A stretch of DNA of 64,000 nt from Heterodontus francisci (Eukaryota). The stretch is from assembly GCF_036365525.1 (NCBI RefSeq), contig NC_090378.1:32946372-33010371 (forward strand), written 5' to 3'. Positions within the stretch are counted from its first letter, which is position 1. Every line of letters begins with the position of its first letter. The notes under the pieces are model-generated. The model had not been told where the DNA came from and did no database searches. It was given only the letters and a program-made list of their open reading frames with translations. The position numbers were made by a program, and so were the translations under genes. Shown here piece by piece: positions 62,200 through 64,000 of the stretch.

Positions 62200-63649
62200 C
62201 GAATTACACATCTGTATGCCAAGCTGTGACTAAATTAGAGTAGTTTTATGCTATTCTCTGATTTGTATGTTAAACTCAGTTAAAAGTTCTACACTTCAAA
62301 AAAAACCCTTATTCCTTTCTGTGGAAGTCTCCTGCTTTTTCGGCAGTTCCTTTTGCAATTCTTTTTGAATATGTTCAATTGTAGTATGTAAATAAACTAC
62401 ATTCTAACAGTTCTGAACTTACTTTGATCAGAAAATGGATCTTCAACAAGAAAATAGGTTTGCATTATATATGCCATGCTGGTTTCATCAGAAAATAGCC
62501 TTGAGTTGGTGTGAATTGCATCCTGGAGGCTTGAGAAGGTATCGTTCTTGAGCTGAAAGTGATTGTACTGGAAATATGTCAAAGAACATGCTCACATGGC
62601 AGTGAAAGCTGAATAATTGCACAGGCTTTTGATATTTGAGTTCAGCTACATGGAATTATGCTAGGTACCAAACACACTCTTACCAGGTTTGCAACTAACA
62701 ATTGTATCAGATTCTTGAATTGAGTGCTTTGACCTATCTGGACTCCACAGCTGAAATTGTTGTGTAGTGTATTGCCTGCTATGTGACAAATCTGACCAGT
62801 AAGACCACCTGTGAATGCTGTAAATCTGAAATCTCTACAAATATCTACATAGGAATATTACCTTGTATCAACTGGTACATATAAAGTAATCAGTCTCCTG
62901 TAACATTGCACATGGGCATCATGACCAACTTCAATACTTAGCTCAACCTGTTTAAAGGTGGTTGGATAATCAAGGGATATGGGGAGCGGGCGGGAAAGTG
63001 GAGTCGAGGCTGTGGTTCGGCCATAATCGTATTGAATGATGGAGCAAGCTCAAGGGGTCAAGCAGGCTCAAGGTCAGGAAATAGGAGGTAGATGGGAGGG
63101 GAGAAGATGGAGATAGATGGAAGATGGGGAGGAGGGGCTGCAGGAGAGACATCAACATATGACCGTGAAGAGGAAAATGACCACCAGACAGGCCCCATTT
63201 CTTCACAGTGGACAGGGGAGGGGGAGATGATGTCAGAGGTGGAGGGGAACAGGGAGGTGGATGAGGCAGAAGTGAATGGGAAAAGCAGGGGAGAAGAATT
63301 GGCTGATGGGGATGGAGGGGAGTACAGTCAGTAGGCAAAGATAGGGTGGTATTGGGCTGAGCCTAATCTCCCTCCGGGAGAAGGCGCTACAAAAGGCAAG
63401 GGCCCAAATCCATTTTCTGAGGGGGAAGTTTTCAGATTAGAGTGGAAGGTGGTGCTAAATTGTTTCTGGGTGAGTGGCTGCAAGAGGTACAGATTACTGT
63501 GACTTGAAGGGGAATTTACTTCTCATTGGGTGCTGGATGAGTTACTGCTCACTGTGGAGAAATGGGCCACTTTTTCTTTTGTGAAGACTGGGGTAGGTGG
63601 TGGTGGAGGGGAGCAGTGGTAAGGGGTAATGAATCAGTTATTTACAGGA

Positions 63650-64000
63650 AAGACCCATTTGGTGCTCAGCAAAGTGGTTGACTCTTAAATGCCCTCTGAA
63701 ATGGACTAGCAAGCCACTCAGTTGCATCAAACGCTACAAAGGCTAAGTGAAGGAATGAAACCAGGCGGATCACCCGGCACTGGAAATGACGATGGCAAAT
63801 CCAGCCCTGTCGACCCTGCAATGTCCTCCTTACAAACATCTGGGGGCTTGTGCCAAAATTGAGAGAGCTGTCCCACAGACTAGTCAAGCAACAGGCCTGA
63901 TCACGGAATCATACCTGGCAGACAATGTCCCAGACGCCACCATCACCATCCCTCGGTATGTCCTGTCCCACTGGCAGGACAGACCCACCAGGGAAGGCGG
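63650..64000 (+). mobile_element. 5' region of the LINE family of 14297 (truncated by window)
   Basis: Matches 14545-14890, including NIWGLVPKL.ELSHRLVKQ. Confidence 0.85.

Noticed and set aside
63080-63335. Purine-rich acidic ORF
   Set aside because: G/A low-complexity sequence next to a CR1 tail fragment; no domain evidence.
29807-64000. Next PTPRF exon (Ig2, ..GFPSIDMGPQLKVVE..)
   Set aside because: Not found by eye or in the ORF track; probably lies beyond the window.
1-64000. Prokaryotic systems (CRISPR arrays, retrons, operons)
   Set aside because: No repeat-spacer array or operon-like gene density; all RTs are eukaryotic LINE, LTR or Penelope types.

Overview
Eukaryotic, transposon-dense DNA, most likely from a shark or other cartilaginous fish (HE1/V-SINEs, SacSINE-like DeuSINEs, CR1, L2, RTE, Penelope, Gmr1-type Gypsy). 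The host gene is a LAR-family receptor tyrosine phosphatase, best match PTPRF, on the + strand. Two coding exons (18583-18728, 29665-29806) encode its Ig1 domain; the rest of the window is intron or flank. Nearly all ORF-track entries are decayed transposon fragments or noise. Highlights: (1) three copies of an unclassified non-autonomous element with 9-bp TSDs, non-matching outer 11 bp, recessed inverted repeats and CpG/TF-motif-rich ends; (2) a perfect 186-bp spacerless palindrome from a Penelope terminus, with a minimal hammerhead-ribozyme motif on both strands and an 11-bp TSD; (3) a LINE with a tRNA-like Pol III head and no visible ORF1; (4) Gmr1-type (INT before RT) LTR elements and several multi-level nests resolved by TSDs. 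Family names come from my recognition of motifs, not from database searches.
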